Made by a program: the position numbers and the translations under genes. Below, piece by piece: positions 41,475 through 56,292 of a DNA stretch of 64,000 nucleotides (the stretch's first letter is position 1; every line of letters starts with the position of its first letter). The stretch comes from the human T2T-CHM13v2.0 reference genome, Homo sapiens: the NCBI RefSeq assembly GCF_009914755.1, contig NC_060928.1; one strand, 5' to 3'. The notes under the pieces are model-generated. The model searched no databases, was not told where the DNA came from, and saw nothing but the letters and a program-made list of their open reading frames with translations.

Positions 41475-43142
41475 TTATACACACACACATATATATCTTA
41501 AAATGGTGCTCAGCCACCTGCTTTATTTTCCTTTTCCTTTTTCTTTCTTCATGAAAGAAAACATTTAGGAGTTTAAGAATGATTTGCAAGAGAGTTTATC
41601 AGCAGATCACTTAAAATCATGGGAAAATTCTATTTTTGATAGAATTTTAAATATTTGATTTAGTAGAATCAAATAGTTTATTTCTATTTTTGATGTTTTG
41701 TTTAATTGCTTAATAATTTTTGCTTTAAATTATTAACCAAAACGTGTATTTCCAGGGACATCAATAAAAAAATGCATAGGCAAGTTTCTAAAGTGACTGC
41801 TGTACATTTCAAGCATTAACCTGAACACTATGAAGGCAATACTTTTATTAATACTTGATCTATTCCAATTACCTTCTGCAGTCTAGTTTTTAAAAATCAT
41901 TAGTTCTGCCCAGGTTTCAAAGGAGAAAAGGAACTGGGGAAATAGTATGTTGTTCAGATTACTCAAAAAATTGCACAAAAAATAAAAACAGATTAGTTAG
42001 ATTTTCTTAGTTCATCGGCTGTGTCCCTGGAGTGTGTTGATAGTTGCAAGGTTGAATTAACTCTTTCAGGGTGTTCCATTTGGCAAGTCAATATTCCAGA
42101 TGTGCTAACTTGTTCCATAATGGTTCAAGAGTAAATGCAGCTTCCACAAGTGTCCAGTTTCCTCTTTAAACTCGTTCTGCAACTGTCTAGATTAGATGAT
42201 TTGATGGCCTCATATCTGTGTGCATCATCAGCTTCCCTTACACGGTGATTATCAGATATTTACCCTAACACTAAGCTGTGTACACCAGCCATTTAAAACG
42301 ATTGATGATAATAAAGCAATAAGTTTACACATGGACGATCAGTGCAAGAGAACTTTTCATGTTTTACAATCACAGAACTGAAGATTGACAAATGAGTGTT
42401 TTCTGGAGACTTTGCAGCATCTGTGGCTCATTCCTCTGACAATAAAATAAAAGCAATGCCAGCAGCTCTCACTCCTGGATCCCGTAACTCCTCAGCCTCC
42501 CAGGAAGGTGTTCAGCACAGAGAAAGTCCCTGGCCTATGTTTCAGGATCCTAGAGTGGTGTCAGAATATCTTGAGGCTGCAAATGCAGAACCAGTGTGGA
42601 CACTGCACTTCTCTTTGGAGCTCTCTCTGGGTTGGGGAAGGCAGTCTATGAAGGAGATAGATAGGATGGTTGGGGATACTATCATCTACATGCTTCAAGT
42701 CACCCTAACTCCTCACTTAGCTACACCGCCCTCCCCTACCCCATCATCACCACTACCACTTCTCGTAAACACACGTACTGATGATATACTTCAAAAAAGA
42801 TTTCCTAGACTTCAAGTTCATCCCAAAGTTTGGTGAAGCCATGGTTCTTCAAGAGAGACCCCCCACAACTTCTAGAAAATATTGATGTAAAGAAATACTC
42901 CTTTGTAGCGCTCTCTAAAAACTACTTTTTGTTCTCTTTAAGTGTATTTTAAGAGTGTAGGTCCGATATAACTTAAGATTTTCCCATGACTGGGCTTTTT
43001 AATAAAAAACTGTATAAAAAGCAAAGGCTGAAAAACTTATAGTGTATTTTAAAGTAGTTAATTGATTAAGCATTTAAAGAATGTAAGTCAAGCATCAGCT
43101 AGAAGAAAGATGTCATTCTGTTTCAAACTCAAGAAAAGATGG

Positions 43143-43428
43143 GGGCGGGCGCGGTGGCTCACACCTGTAATCCCAACAACACTTTGGGAGGCCGAGGCGG
43201 GCGGATCACGACGTCAGGAGATCGAGACCATCCTAGCTAACACGGTGAAACCCCATCTCTACTAAAAATACAAAAAATTAGCTGGGCGTGGTGGCGGGCA
43301 TCTGTAGTCCCAGCTACTCGGGAGGCTGAGGCAGGAGAATGGCGTGAACCCAGGAGTTGGAGCTTGCAGTGAGCCCAGATCGTGCCAGCCTGGGCGACAG
43401 AGTGAGACTCCGTCTCAAAAAAAAAAAG
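43143..43428 (+). mobile_element. AluY element with a small deletion near its 3' end
   Basis: AluY diagnostics; TSD aagaaa(a/c)gatgg. Confidence 0.92.
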
Positions 43429-44119
43429 AAACGATGGAACCAAGTTCTAATAAAGGCAAGCATAAGCCTTGCCAAAATTAGAAGAAAGTACTCATTTATA
43501 GAGGATGATGTTTTTAAGCTAGGTCAGTTAGCGTTATAGTAATAAAAGAAAGGTTACAGGAATCTTATATCTGGAGGAGCAGAATGTGAGTGTCTAAATG
43601 CATCAGACTATTCCTAGAGAAGTCAAAAAATATGCAGGATGACTAAACCTCAAACCTTTAAACCCTCAAGGAAGGTCAGAATGGGTTTATGCAGTGGTTA
43701 TTTATAATTTAGAGCTAGTGAGAAATGTTATGCCCAGGAATTTATCTTTATGTTCATATCGGTGTATCCATATCCAATGAAAGATTAGCTCATTCACCCC
43801 TTACTAATTTAATAAAGATTTCTAGTTTTTTAACTTAATGTTTAAAGTGTACCCCATTCTCCTTAACACAAACAATTAACCACAAGCATAGGTAATCCCA
43901 TATGGGACTGGTCCAGGCAACACCAGCCTCTGAGGAAGCACAGTTTCCAAAAGCAGCTATGCCACCTAAAAGAAAATGAAAGTCTTTTCCATGCTACATT
44001 GCAAAGGCAAACAGATTGACAAATTATTAAATTATTTCAAACCTCTTAGGTTTTGATAAGGTGGGAAGTTTTCTGTGCTTTTTGATCATCAAGCATTTCC
44101 TGTTTAGCCCGTAATTTCC

Positions 44120-45130
44120 TGGCATTCATTCATTCACTCATGTGCTCATTCATTCAGTAAGAATTTATTATGTGCCAGCTACTGGCCTTAGGTGCTGGAG
44201 GATGCAGAGCTAGATGACACATTCCCTGCTCTCAAGGAGCTCAGAGTCCACTGGGAGAGAAAGACAAGTAAACAGTGATAAGAATGGTAAGTGCTAAGAT
44301 AGTTGTTCGACAGGCCGTGGAGGTACAGAGGAGGATCATCTAAATCCGATTGAGAACTGGGGACAGGATGAGGCAAGAAAAACTTACCAAGGGAGGTAAT
44401 TTTTAAGATCAGTGTTGCAAGTTGTGAATAAAGGCTACCCAGAAGAGAGAGAAAGAGACTGCTAGGCCAGAGGAAAGCATTTACCCAGGAGCAGAACGTG
44501 GCAGGCTTTGGAAAGAACACACAGCTCAGAATGACAGGAGCATCGAATGTGTGTGGGGAGGAGGGAGATAAGATGAAACCAGGGAGGGAGATGGTGCCTC
44601 TGCGCAAGTAGGGCTTGCACCGCTACGTGAAGAGCTGGACTGCGTGGATCTTCCCTCCGGGGTAGGCGGGACTCTGTTCAAGGAGTTTAACAGGGACAGC
44701 AACATAGCCAATCTGGTGACAATGTAAGGATAGATTTAAGGTAGAAAAGTAGGTTAGGAAAGGAAAGGTAGGAGGCAGTAGAGGTCAGTCAGTCATTAGG
44801 ACATGAAATGTAACTTGCTGTCTGAATGTAAGAGGTAAGGGCAAAAGAGGATCAAGGATGAGTCTCTTTTTTCCCAACTTAGGTGACTAGTGGACACGGA
44901 GATACGGGGAAGAATTGTAGGTTGATCAACAAAAGATGAGTTCCGATTCGTAAATTATGACTTTGAGAGTACCATGGCACAGTCTAGCATGTGATTAAAA
45001 AAAAAATGTCTGATTGGAACTTAGAGGACAATTCCAAAGATGTGGACACGAGAGCTATTGAGAGAGCCGAAGCTATAAGTGTGAATAAAATCATATTGAA
45101 AGGGAACATAGAAGATCTGGTGACAAGAGG
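44120..45130. mobile_element. L2 fragment
   Basis: cattcattcattcactca end; ccctgctctcaaggagctcagagtc. Confidence 0.65.
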
Positions 45131-45529
45131 AAAAAAAGAAGGTGCAAATATGTGAGTTTACAGACTGGAGTTTCCTGTGGCTTCATAATAAAAGACAACA
45201 GCTGTGTTAATACTGAAGGATCCACTTTCTCCTACTGGATACTCTATCCCTAATTTTTTGAAATCTTCAAATCTGTGTCTTCCCTTGTATTTTGCATCAC
45301 TTTCTGTATTTGATCTTCTTTCTTTGCTCCCTTTTGCTCCTTAACTGCCCAAATGTGGCCATTCCTCTGCCTCCCCTTACTTCTTGCACTTTGCTCAATG
45401 TTCATTTTCTCTCTTAAAGCTTGTGAGTAGGTAACATCTTAGTCTCCATATTCTCTCATCTTAGGCTTTTTTTCCTTACCCTTCCTCCTTACTCACCTCC
45501 GTTTCCCAAGTCATTGACACTCATGAGAT

Positions 45530-45650
45530 GAAACTAAAAACCTGGGTTCCGGTCGCGATTGTGTCGCTTACTCCTAACTGCATGACTGTGAGAGTCAGAG
45601 CCCCTGTCTGGATTTTCCTGTCCTCACCTGTAACATGAAAGGCTCCTTAG
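45530..45650. mobile_element. MIR fragment
   Basis: cctgggttcc...tcctcacctgtaacatg. Confidence 0.45.
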
Positions 45651-48600
45651 TAATTAAAAATCACTTCCTATTCACAAGAAAATATGTGATTTTTACCATT
45701 TCCTTCCAACTTCTCATAGGCCCCTGTCAAGGTGTATTCCAAAAGAAATAACACTTAACAAAAGTTACCAAATTTCCTCTGCTAAAACAGTTATGCATAT
45801 TGCATATTGCATTTCGGTCAAACTAGTATCTTATATGTTATGTTGGTGGTAGAAATAGCAATTTATAGTAATAAATAGAATTTTCTCTTTCCAAATGTGC
45901 CACCTACTTTTTAAAAATCTTTCCCACTTACTAGAAGCCTGGCACAGCCCTCCTTGTCCTCGCTCAGTGCCAGGGTGTGGGGTCTGTGTACGGCTGAACA
46001 GGCACCAGGATACAAGGAGAACAAAAGAGAAGGAGGGGTTTGTCCTCTGAGCACTTCCAGACCCATGGAATAAATCCAGGAGGATGAGGGCATGCACAGT
46101 TCTGTTTTACAGATTCTTTGGAGCAAAAATTTTCCTCGCCATCAGCTGTCTAGGAGGTCTCCATTTCAAGACCAGATAGCTAAACAAATAAGCTGTATCC
46201 TACCCATGTCAGCCTTCCTCACTCGATAAACAATTTAAAAAAGAAAAAAAAAAGACAGACTGTCTTAAACATGATTCTTCTCTTAATGATGGCTAACCCA
46301 GAATCCTTCGAATCCCTAAGGGAACTAATTCTGGAATGCCCTGACTTGGATGGCTTTGTCTCAAGGCCTGTGAATTTCAGAGCTGGGCATTATCACTTTG
46401 TCAGTTCTCCCTGATGTGGTAATGACTATGAAAGGAAAGAGGCATTGGGTCACTATTTTTGAATTTGATTCTTGAAGAAAATGTCATTTCTGTGACCATC
46501 TATCACTATGCTCAGCGTTCAAAAGGGCTGGACCAGAGAGGAGTGGGGGAGGCTCTGCCCTTGTCTACATGCCTCTGAACTCATGTTAGCTGGGGGGTGT
46601 TTGAAAAAAAAAAGAATAGCAGCTTGACTGCAGACTGCTACCCTTTCTGGTTTTATGGAGCAAAGCACGGGTCAGAATTTGCCCCATCAGCAAGACCTCC
46701 TAATTAAATGCAGCAGCAACAAAGACATTCGCATTGGGGTTACCAACACCCACCCCATACAATTCTCACCCCTTTCTCATCAGGATCCCCTTAGCACCAA
46801 GACCAAACTCACGTAAAATAATACTTTCTTTTGTCTTCCTTCTTTTGCATTTTCCCTGCCATTTTTGATAATAGGTAGGTAGCAGGCAGGGGAGTATCAG
46901 GTGGTGCCATGATGTGGGCGTAGGCGACTGCTCTGTTTCCCTTGGTGATAGAAGCATTTTCTATCCAGAACCTGATTTTTGAGGATTTCTTACTACCTTG
47001 CTACAAATTATGATTTGTCTTTGAGATGATAATTGTTAAAATACATAAACCATAGGTTCCTTCTCAGAAGACTTACATGTAAAATCTTTCGCTGTTGCTG
47101 TTGCAAATCACATTATTGCCATTAAGATTCCGCATCAGCCCGCCGTTCCGGGTTCGCTGTTTGTGCACAAGTCCCTCCTCAGGAAGGACGATCAAGGAGT
47201 GATTTATGCCTACATGTTTAGTCATGACGGGGTTAGTAGTTGTGTTCCACTTCACCTCAACAACAGATACGAGGCTGTTACAAATTAGCAATGTGGGAAA
47301 AGTCTTGCGGTAACCGGTGACAAGATGGAGGGGATTGTTTGTTTTTGTTGTTGTTGGCCGTTAAACTATGGAAGGAAATTTGAGCCTACGCAACTCTGTT
47401 AGATGGAAGAAAAGATTCTCCCTCTGTATAAAATGTGTGTGTGTGTTTCTGGGTGGGTGTGTGTGTATATTACATACACACGTATATACACTACGTATAC
47501 TATATATACACATCACACACATACACATTATAGTGAAAGTGGGAGAAAGATGGGTTAATTAAGTCCTTCATGTGAGTTCTTACTGGGATCCAAGTCTGAA
47601 AGCAAACCCGTGTAACCCACGAAGCAGCTCTCAAAAGCAGGCTAGCTCTGGGATGGCCCTGAGGAAGACCCGAGGAAGGCCCACTCATGAGGAAACTTGA
47701 ACATTTATCCCATCTGGAGGCCTTCAGAATGAACCCAAACCAACATCTGCTGCTGTCTTGCCTGCCCAGAACAGGCTTGGTTTTGACCGGAGAAAGCAGT
47801 CACATTTCAGTGACTCTCACTCCGGCTTCCCTAGGTGAAAATGACAGAGGTGTGGGGAGGGCATTGCCGCCAGTATATACGTAACGACATATGCTGGTCT
47901 CGTGTTTGAGTCGGGCCAGTTCAGGGTCAGGCTGAATTCTGGACTGACAATCCACAGAAGGGATAAAGAGCACGTCACTCCGCAAAAGAGCCCACCTCCA
48001 GAGTTAGAATGACTTCTCTGCCCTGGTGTATGCGCTTCTCTAAAGCTGTGCTCTCATTTACACGTACTTTTCTCAAAAGCAGAAGATAATTTTAAAAACA
48101 TAACCTTTGGTTAAAGAAGCCATTTTATGGGGAAGCACCAAAGACGATAAATACTCCTGTTGTCAAGTTGTAAAGAAAGTTTTCGAGAACTGCAAATTGT
48201 TTCCACTTGAATAAATTTGCAACATCAATAGGCTGTTGACATTGGGTTGGTAACAGTCTAAATCACTTGATTTTACTCTCAGATGAGCATCTACTGAAGA
48301 TGTTTAAGTAGAAAGGTATTATAATCATGGTGTTTCAGATTGATTTGGTATCAGTGAATATGGGAAGAGGCAGATAGACCCATTTTAAAAGTCTAGGGAA
48401 GCTCTGGGAATAGAAAGATAAATATCTGAGAGACATTACCAAGGAAAAGGAGAAAGTTAGGAGCTTCACGTCAGGTTGAATATAGCATTCTCAGCTGAGA
48501 ATGACTGAGGCTGTGATTCTCCGAGGCATTTGTCGATAATCCCACTACTTAGGAAACTTTAAAAAGAGATTTAAAAATATACCACAAAAGCTAAAACAGC

Positions 48601-49288
48601 AACTAGGCAAACATGCAATCCAAATTAAAGACCAACAAACAGATAAACATCAAATAAGGGCATCTCATCAGTGGAAGAGCGGTAGGTCACGGAGAGCCTG
48701 AGGAAGTTTGTCCTTTCCAGCGAGAGTCCTTTGTAAAGAGGGGTCAGGCAGGAGCAGGAAGGAATGTGCTGTGTTATGAATTTGAAACCATGAGGCTAAG
48801 GCCAGAGGAATGCAATGGGGGGCATGAAGTTGATGTTCTATTCAAATTCCCTGGAGCCTATTGCATTGTACATTCAAAAAGCTAATAAAGGAAAACTACC
48901 TCTCAAATCTATAAGCTGGGCAGGGCTAGTTCACCACTAAGGCCAAGCAACGTTCAGTTGAGTCACACAGTTGCAAATAAGCAAGAGAATCTGAATCCGC
49001 CCAGAGGCATATCTAGTTGTTGGAAAGGTCTTTTTAAGACCTGGAGTCAGAGTATTTCAGAGGCTAGCTGGACATTCGTGGGTGCATTGGTTTTCTTCTT
49101 TTGTGGAGGTAAAGAAGAGTTAGCCTGATGTTTATGGAAGTACCTGAGAGTCGTCTTTGAAGACATTTTCTTTCACTCCCTTAGTCAGAGTCCCCGGGTC
49201 ATTTTTCTGATGTCTTTCCTTCATCTCGTTTTCATTTCTGTTGACATAGGTGCTAATCTGTGAAAAAGTTTTTACTCGTCCGCACTGA

Positions 49289-49670
<382 letters not shown>

Positions 49671-49686
49671 AAGAACAGTCCTTTTG

Positions 49687-49985
49687 GCCGGGCGTGGTGG
49701 CTCACTCCTGTAATCTCAACACTTTAGGAGGCCGAGGCAGGTGGATCACCTGAGGACAGGAGTTTGAGACCAGCCTGACCAATATGGTGAAATCCCGTAT
49801 CTACTAAAAAATACAAAAATTACCTGGGCGTGGTGGCGGGGGCCTCTAATCCTAGCTACTCAGGAGGCTGAGGGAGGAGGATTGCTTGAACCCAGGAGGC
49901 GGAGGTTGCAGTGAGCCGAGATCATGCCACTGCATTCCAGTCTGGGCGACAGAGTGAGACTTGTCTCGAAAAAAAAAAAAAAAAA
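49687..49985 (+). mobile_element. AluS element (second of a tandem pair)
   Basis: Flanked by aacagt(c/t)cttttg. Confidence 0.95.
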
Positions 49986-52900
49986 CAGTTCTTTTGAAAG
50001 AACTCACCCTACAGGTAGGTCCCGCCTCTCTTTGATATGTTTAAATGGCCTTATGAAACGATGGGAGTAACGGGTAGTAGTTTTTAATTTAAAAACCCTG
50101 TGTTGATCCCTGATTTTTTTCATGGTTTGTAAAATTGGCAAGTCAGGGAGCCACTCTCACCCCCACCTTAGGTTCCTCGTTAAAACCCCGCTTTCTTTAA
50201 ACCTTCTTCAGCACCTCATGTTCTCCAGTGAGGAGATCCACCCAAGGCTCCCTTCCAGTATGACTCTGTGCTGGCCACTGTGCCTCAGCCGGGCCCCTGC
50301 ACCCCGACACCTTCCTCCGCAGCCGTCCCAGCCCCACCCGGGCCCCTGCCTGACTGCCTGATCCCACAGTCTAGTTCACCACTAAGGCCAAGCAACATTC
50401 AGTTGAGCCACACAGTTGCAAATAAGCAGAGAATCTGCCCAGAGGCATATCTAGTTCTATTCCGGGACCTGGCCAGGTCCCCACCTGGGTGCAGCTCTTC
50501 CCCAGCTATGTCAGCGTGAACACATCTCCCCTTCTGCTCACTCTGGTGAGTGGTAGCCTCACAGGACACTCATTTGTAATAGTTAAATTGTCACGTATAT
50601 GACCTCTGCTCACCCAGACTTCTCTGTTTTCACAATATCCTCACGCTTTAGCTTGCACGGAAAGGCTGTTCTGAAACTGTTGGGTGCCGGGTTAGATAGG
50701 AGCTCTGAGGACCCTGACACCGGAGCAGCCTTCCTTGTGCAAACACTTCAGCCCTGTTAGTGCCTGCACTTAGCTTCAGCTACTCCTTAGAAGGCACAAA
50801 TTCAGAACTTCCAGGGCTAAACTGTTAAGCTGGGCCGCTAGGATCCCAGCTTAACCCTCTGTCATTCTAACTGTACTACCTACAAAGGTTACTTGTATTT
50901 TTATTTCCCAAAGAACCAAAGGCTAATAGGTGAGAGTCTGAACTTTCAGCTTCCTGGGCTGTATCTCCCTGTGCCGAGGATCCTGTGATATAGAATGCCT
51001 GCCCAGCAGGGAATGGAATGTGTGGTAAGCCAATGAAAGAGCAAAGTCAGAGGTTGCAGAAATGCTTTCTACAGGAGAAAGGTGAAGTTTCTGCTTCAGA
51101 TTGAATGGGGCTAGAAAATATAAACCAGCAAAAGGGTCAAAAAAGGGCAGAGGAGAATGAATCAGCAAGCTGCTTGCAGGTGGTACAATCTATATAAAGC
51201 TAGAGTTCCCAGCTTTAAATCAGGCACTGTGATCTACAGGAGGGCTAATGGGCCTGGGGTCAGCTGCACAAAAGTCCCAGTTATGGTCCGGTCAAGAGAT
51301 AGCGTGAGAGCCAGATCAAATCAGCTAACCACGTCGTATTTTCATTTTCCATCTCTGAAATGGGGGGGGGGGGACATAGTACAATACAGAATTCTCCTAT
51401 GTAGAGGCATTCAAAAGGGCATTAATTTTTTTTAACCCGATAGCACGTTCTTCACATCATACCATGAGATGTGTAATCTGCTGCAAGACTTATGCCAAAC
51501 TGAACGACAGAAGTTTAGGCTGGTTTTGTCAAGAATTCTGTAACTCTGCGCTGCTTGTTCTTAAATAAACCAGTGCGTGTTTGTTTCTTCAAGAGCAGTA
51601 ATTTCTTCAAAAAAGCAATCACAGCAATAAACTCTGTTGGATTTCTTTCATTTATGCCTTCCTTTGCTAGGGGCGTTTGGGTTGGTGGGGAGGACATCTT
51701 CAGCTCTGCCTTTTGTGAGTCTAAACAATGATTCCACTTAATGGTGCATTGGCTTCCTCTGTGTCTCCATCCCTGGCTTCTCCCTCCTGAGTGCCCGTTC
51801 CTGCCGCTGGCTGAGCAGCGTGGCAGGTTGTCAGATCATGTCAGTCAAACCCATGATCTGACCGATACTGTCCCCACCGAATTAATGGGATCAGCTCATC
51901 ACCGGGCACGGAACAGACCTCCGTCCCTCGCCTTCCTCCTCTCTTTCTTCCCTCTCTCTACTGTAACATTGTCCTGGCGGAGTCTTCTCTGTCTTTATCA
52001 CCTAGAATCTTCTCCTGATGAACAACCACATTTTTCAAAATGAATGTTTCACGAAAAACCCCTATCATCTCATAAACAAGTGAAATTGAAAAAACAAACA
52101 AAACACCTCTATCCTTTTATTCCCAAATATCACTCAAGTACCTTTTTTACTCCTCACTCCTGTGTGGCCCCGTGTTTTCACCTACGATTATGATCCCCTG
52201 TCACTGTTTTCCTGCCCTGGTAACCTGTCTTTCTCTAACAGCATTGTTTCTCTGTTAGTTCTGTGTCTGGGCTTACTTCAAGTAGGATGTTGATTCAGGT
52301 CTCCATCTCACTGGGAACCTTCGATTAGTGAAGCAGTCTTAGAATCAATCTGAAATCCACCCTTTAGTATATTGTGGTCCCAAGGAAACTCCTAATTTCT
52401 CATCCAGATTTTTGCTTTTTTTTTTTTCTTTCTTCAGACGACACCGTCATTTTTGAAATTTTCTCTGGTGCTGCCACAAATAGAAAAGTCACAAAAATTC
52501 AATTCTTCAGTCAAATGTTGTATCTATGATGCATATTTATGAGCACAGAACAGCTTTTAAAATGTATTTTAACACTCAAATTATAAGTTACTCTTGTATT
52601 TGTCTGCTAAAAAGAGTAAGTGTGTAAAAAAAAAACAAATAATCATTAAATGTCAGGAAATATTGCATCTCATTTCAGTGAACACAGTAAATCACCATGC
52701 AAGATATTCCCCATTCTTTCAATATCACTGTAGACAAGATGGGTTATCATCACCACTGCCAGCATTCAAGCTCTAATTTACCATTATGAAGTATGTCAAT
52801 CACTGAGAAATAAGAAAGTCTTTAAAAGGTTCTTATTTTATTAATTTGTTGAAGATGTCTGAAGATACTAAAAGGATTTTTTACATATGCAAATACATAC

Positions 52901-53335
52901 ATGCACGTAAACATACTGTACTGTACTGCCACCGAGGGAGTAAGTCAGTAAATCTTTAAGAACTGATGTAACAGTGAATTAAATCTACTTTGTAGAAAAT
53001 ATGAAGGAATACTAAGGAATTTAATATCAGCAAACATGTTCCCTTTGAAACAGCAAATTAGATGTGCAGGAGGATTTTGGTCACACTTCAAAGAATCATG
53101 TGCTGAGATGGAGAGCTGGTCTGTTTACTCGTGTTCTCACCGGTGAGGTTTTTCTATGTTAAACGGGTTTTTGATTACTTCAAAGCATGTTTGAAGTCTT
53201 CACTCTGCATCGCTCATCCACGAAGACAAATAGTCCTCCAAATTTGTGCAACTAATATTGCTACACATTATATTTATAAGTCAGAAGAAACTGCAGTTTC
53301 CTATTTAACACCAAGTTAATGCCTCTTGTATTTAG

Positions 53336-53511
53336 CTATGACAGTGAAGGTCGTCTGACAAATGTTACGTTTCCAACTGGAGTGGTCACAAACCTGCATG
53401 GGGACATGGACAAGGCTATCACAGTGGACATTGAGTCATCTAGCCGAGAAGAAGATGTCAGCATCACTTCAAATCTGTCCTCGATCGATTCTTTCTACAC
53501 CATGGTTCAAG
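53336..53511 (+). CDS. TENM3: TENM3 exon (176 nt): (D)[15 protein letters not shown]...FYTMVQ, YD repeat
   Basis: Acceptor gtatttag|CTATGA, donor CAAG|gtaaac; ORF 53319..53624. Confidence 0.95.
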
Positions 53512-54781
53512 GTAAACACGAAAGCATCATTTTAAACAAGTACCACCAGCACCCAGACAGAATGCGGCAACACCCACTTTCCAAGGTGAACCAGAAAAGG
53601 GAAGGTGAAAATGTAAACCTCTAGAAATATTGGTGACATAATCTACAGTGTACATGTAATATTTATTTACTTGTATAGACATATTTTAAAACCACATATA
53701 AGATAATCTGTCATCCTTGGAATAGTGTCTGTTTCCATTCCCATGTATTAAAACAACTTCATTCCAGCCCTTCACATGCATCATCAGGCGATTTTTGCAT
53801 CACCTAAGAGTTTTCCAGAGCAGGTCTTCTGACCGCCATCTAAGTACAGTAGTTTGAGACACAGCACTTTTTGAGGCCATATGTGATGCAGTATTTTAAT
53901 CTGCATGTCATGGAAATTTTATCCCAAATTCCAACTACACATTCATGTAATGCCTGGAGTGTCCATTTTTTCATTCCATCTATAGTCATATAGATGCCAT
54001 ATCTCCATAATGGACCCTCCTTGCCATATTCCTTTCTAAATTTGAAAAAGCCTGTCTACAATGACATTTGTAATTGTGAGTTCACAACTCTAAGAATAAT
54101 TACTAAATCTGTATTCAACTTTTTGACTCATTTTTTTTACCTGTTCCATGAAGTAATCTCTAACCATCTAAAACTGCTATTGCTTGAATTCATTCCTTCC
54201 CCAAATGGTCCTATATTATTTCAAAATTTTAAACTGAGGCAGTAGTCTACAATATGAGCTTTTTTGTATAAAATATAAAATGTCTTCCTTTATTGAAGTC
54301 AATTTCGGAGGGAACATTGCTTTCTATTTTTGGTATTCAAGATATAGATATTAATCCTTTCAAAGGATCTTTGACAGAAGATGCAGGGATTGGGTGCAGG
54401 GGAGGGAAGTCTTCCAAGACCTTGGAGGTGTGTACACCGCGCTCCTGAGAGATCACATATGTGCCTCTTTACAAAATATTTACTTAGTGCACATCCCATG
54501 GAAGCTGAGCTCTCATTTCATCAGGCAAATGAGAAAAAGAAGTCTATTAAACTGCAGAAGGACTTCAAATTCCCCTAAAGTTTGCCTTTAATATTTAGCC
54601 AAACCTCTGACAGCATGAAATGCCAAGGATCAAAGTTGTTTTGTTTCTTTCTAAAAGGACATCATCAGGTACTCCTTATTCCTAGTCAACTTTTAGAAAT
54701 TTAGAACCTATCTCACGGCACAACCGGCCAAGTATTTAATCCATATCTAATAGTTCATGTTTTGTGCTTCTTGTTCTTTAG

Positions 54782-55017
54782 ATCAGTTAAGAAACAGCTA
54801 CCAGATTGGTTATGACGGCTCCCTCAGAATTATCTACGCCAGTGGCCTGGACTCACACTACCAAACAGAGCCGCACGTTCTGGCTGGCACCGCTAATCCG
54901 ACGGTTGCCAAAAGAAACATGACTTTGCCTGGCGAGAACGGTCAAAACTTGGTGGAATGGAGATTCCGAAAAGAGCAAGCCCAAGGGAAAGTCAATGTCT
55001 TTGGCCGCAAGCTCAGG
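54782..55017 (+). CDS. TENM3: TENM3 exon (236 nt): (D)[15 protein letters not shown]...FGRKLR, YD shell
   Basis: Acceptor ttgttctttag|ATCAGT, donor CTCAGG|gtacgt; ORF 54757..55122. Confidence 0.95.
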
Positions 55018-55794
55018 GTACGTACGTGTTGTGGAGCAGGAGATAGCTGCAGCCCTCTGATCTGTGCAGATCATCCTGAGGGCAGGTTGCGTCTCCTGCT
55101 CACCCCCCTATGTCTACACTGAGTATGAGCACCTCGCTCAGTGTGGTTCCAATCCCACATGGGCCTGTTCTGGCAGGTGCAGCTGGGGAGGCTGGAGGGA
55201 GGTCAGGTCGTGAGAGGGCTGAGAAGAAAAAGCAATAGGACACTAGAGGGAAAAGGAGATCAGGAGTGAAGGTAAAGCCATGACCATGAAAACCAGCTCC
55301 AGACATCTTCCAGGTCACTTTCACAGAGCTATGGTCCATTCCCAAAGCGGACTCCAGCTGCTGCTCTTTGTTCTGCTGAGCCCCAGACACTGCCGCCACC
55401 TGCATCCCCGTTTGCTGCCTCTACTCACTGCTGCTTCCCAGGGCCCCTGCTGCCTTGGGCCACTGCAAACGCAAGGCTAGTTCACAGGCCTCCTCTTGCT
55501 CAGCTGTCCTGAAGCAGGGGTCACATGCACGTGTGCACACAGCGTCACACCTGTTCTCAGATGCAGGACTTCATCAAAAGACACAAAGACATGGATGACA
55601 GCTGTGCCCCTCTCTCTGCATACCAAAGACACAGCACCTAACTAGGGTTCAAAAAATTATGGGTTCCAGATGAGGCTCTACTTTTTGCTAATAGTAAACC
55701 TTATGGGAGAATCAGAACATCTCTGAATCTGTTTCCTTATCTATATCATGGTATCCATATTATGATATAGATTACACATTATCTAAATACCATA

Positions 55795-55896
55795 ACAAGA
55801 TAGATAGGAGATATGTAGATGATAGATAGATAGATAGATAGATTATATATATATAGATAGATAGGAGATATATATAGATAGGAGATATATATATAG
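55795..55896. repeat. (GATA)n/(TA)n compound microsatellite within a MIR remnant
   Basis: gatagatagataga...atatata. Confidence 0.85.
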
Positions 55897-55993
55897 CTAT
55901 ATTGCAGATAAATGAAATTTACCCTATACTACCTCTGTTTTACACAGTTGTTACAAGAATCAAATGAGATAATGTGAAAGTACTTTGAAAATA

Positions 55994-56292
55994 GGCTGGG
56001 CGTTGGTGGTTCACGCCTGTAATCCCAACACTTTGGGAGGCCAAGGTAGGCGGACCACTTGAGGTCAGGAGTTCGAGACCAGCCTAGGCAACATGGTGAA
56101 ACCCATCTCTACTAAAAATACAAAAATCAGCCAGGCGTGGAGGTGGGTCCCTGTAATCCCAGCTTCTCAGGAGGCTAAGGCAGGAGGATTGCTTGAACAC
56201 TCGAGGCGGAGGTTGCAGTGAGTCGAGATCGCGCCACTACACTCCAGCCTAGGAGACAAAGCAAGATTCTGTCTCGAAACAAGAAAAGAAAA
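55994..56292 (+). mobile_element. AluS element
   Basis: Full dimer. Confidence 0.93.

Noticed and set aside
42396-42836. 146-aa ORF
   Set aside because: Non-ATG start, no recognisable domain, no splice context; expected by chance.
51362-51373. G12 homopolymer as a G-quadruplex element
   Set aside because: Isolated run within a decayed MIR-like context; no evidence of function.
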